From Octopus sinensis (taxonomy: Eukaryota), in the NCBI RefSeq assembly GCF_006345805.1, contig NC_042998.1, positions 147,622,001 to 147,686,000 on the forward strand: a stretch of DNA of 64,000 nucleotides, given 5' to 3'. How positions within the stretch are numbered: the first letter of the stretch is position 1; each line of letters starts with the position of its first letter. Position numbers and translations under genes: made by a program. This document shows, in pieces, positions 62,191 to 64,000 of this stretch. The notes below the pieces were generated by a model, which ran no database searches, was not told the DNA's origin, and saw nothing but the letters and a program-made list of their open reading frames with translations.

Positions 62191-63144
62191 CTGCCCAGGG
62201 CTTTAAGAATGCCATATAAACCCCTCATAATGATATATATATATTTTGGAATTTCCAGGCAATTTTTGCAAATTTGTATTCTACACATGGGACTTGATAC
62301 AATTATGCAAAAAAAAAAAAAAACTGTAGGGGTGTGTGATTAAGGTCTATTTACCTGTTATTTTTAGCACACTTCAAAACCACCACAATGACAACAAAAA
62401 AAACGAGTAAACAACACGTATTTTATAGTTTTAAGCAGTCAATATGCATTTAATGCTATAAACAGTACATTACAAGTTAAATATTTCTCAAAATAAGAAA
62501 CTTACAGCACAAAGTTAAGATTTATCCAAAAACAATATAGCACATTCCAAATTGAATATTTCTAAAAAACAAACATTTCCAATCTTAACTGGATAATGGA
62601 GCAAGTCAGAATGTGGAATATATAATAAAATAACAAAGGGTGGTACAGCTATTCTGTCCCAGAAAAATACTTTTTGATATTTTCAGAATATTTTTGTGAA
62701 TTTGTGTTTATCTTTGTGGCTTTCATCACTGTTTGCAATTATCTTTAAAAAATTTATTTAATGCATCATATAGATGTAATTTTTAACACTGATTCCGAAT
62801 TTGTTATTCATTTATTCCAGAAAAATTTTGCAAAAATGTTACAGGTGTTCAAAATTTGATGATTCTCAGCCAATAAGAGAACAGCGCGTTCACTGTCTCT
62901 TCCCCTTATCTTGATTGATCTGTCTTGTGGCTAATGAAAATATTACCCCAATTTTTTTTTCACAGAGGTCTAAGCCCAAAGAGGAATAGCAATGTTTTTA
63001 AGAAAGTACTTAAGCAGATACCAGAAATGCCAACTTAAGAAAAAGTAACTTAATGAAATTTCTAAATGTTAAAAACTATCAAACTATTTTACAATGTCAA
63101 GTAAAAGCTTGTCATCACCTGCAACTGGTGCTTGCACGGCTTGT

Positions 63145-63540
63145 TTCTATATCAATCATAAGGGTACACAAGGCACCTACCTGCTAGAAAGAGGAATTAA
63201 AACCCTCAGTTAAACCACCGATAACACTGAAAAATATGACAATTAATCAACAGTAGTCGGGTGAATGGGTAAAATAATTTTTAACATACCAATATAGCCC
63301 AATGCTATATATTTTGGTATTTGGATATACTCGGATCATGATTTCTGGTTCTGGTGAAAAGCCTTACCTTCATCAACAAGTCTTTCAAATTGAAAAGATT
63401 TTCAACTTGTTACTTTGAACATTCGGCAGATTTTCTGATTTTCTATTGTATTTTTCAGTGTTATTGATGGTTTAAATGAGGATTTTAATTCCTCTTTATA
63501 TGCAGGTAGATGCCTTGTGTGCCCTTATGATTGATATAGA
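63145..63540. repeat. ~95-bp inverted repeat pair, probable MITE remnant
   Basis: ctatatcaatcataagggtacacaaggca.. vs ..tgccttgtgtgcccttatgattgatatag. Confidence 0.7.
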
Positions 63541-64000
63541 GTTTAATTCTATAGCTATCTAATGCTATTTTAGGCCTGCAACCACCTATATTATTGTTGT
63601 TGTCATTATCAATTATTTATATTACTGCAGATAATAATAACAATAATAATATCTATATAAATATTCACTTCTGAATATTTACTCCTTATTACTATAAAAT
63701 ATATATAAATAAAATTTCCAGATTTCTAGAGAATCAAATATTTTTAAAAAGTGAGAGTACCAAAGTCAGGTTGGCCATTATACTTTTGTGTACAAACAAT
63801 GTATATTGAAATGTACATACTCACTACAGTAAACATGAATTTGTTCACCAGTTAGTCATACATTCATAAGTCACTGACTGAATACACAAAATGTCATCAA
63901 GTGCACACATGGGTACGCTCACTGCAGTTATTGTACTACCGTCTATAGACTCCAGAGCCAAACATCTGAAACAGCTGTAGAGAACCACAATCCATCTGTT

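Overview
AT-rich, microsatellite-dense animal nuclear DNA, very probably an octopus (inferred from the SINE families, the RTE LINE family and an embedded cytochrome b NUMT that reads in the invertebrate mitochondrial code). It is dominated by mobile elements. One RTE-clade LINE family is present as two near-full-length decayed copies (10017-14020 minus; ~48645-52900 plus) plus many truncated copies and free 3' tails. The window also holds Penelope-like fragments, a Mariner element, a solo LTR, an R4/Dong-type RLE element, a Rex3-like RTE fragment, Helitron ends, several MITEs and three SINE families. No intact host gene is evident, only a weak set of phase-compatible candidate exons. The most notable observations are: (1) a C4HC3 PHD finger inserted inside the RTE reverse transcriptase; (2) a variable-number array of putative H-type pseudoknot modules in the 3' UTR of that same element; (3) three or four distinct type-I hammerhead ribozyme motifs in short elements lying between (TA)n tracts; (4) a cytb NUMT captured at a spot where four independent LINE copies are broken. 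All structures were read by eye, and element ends without TSD/TIR support are approximate.
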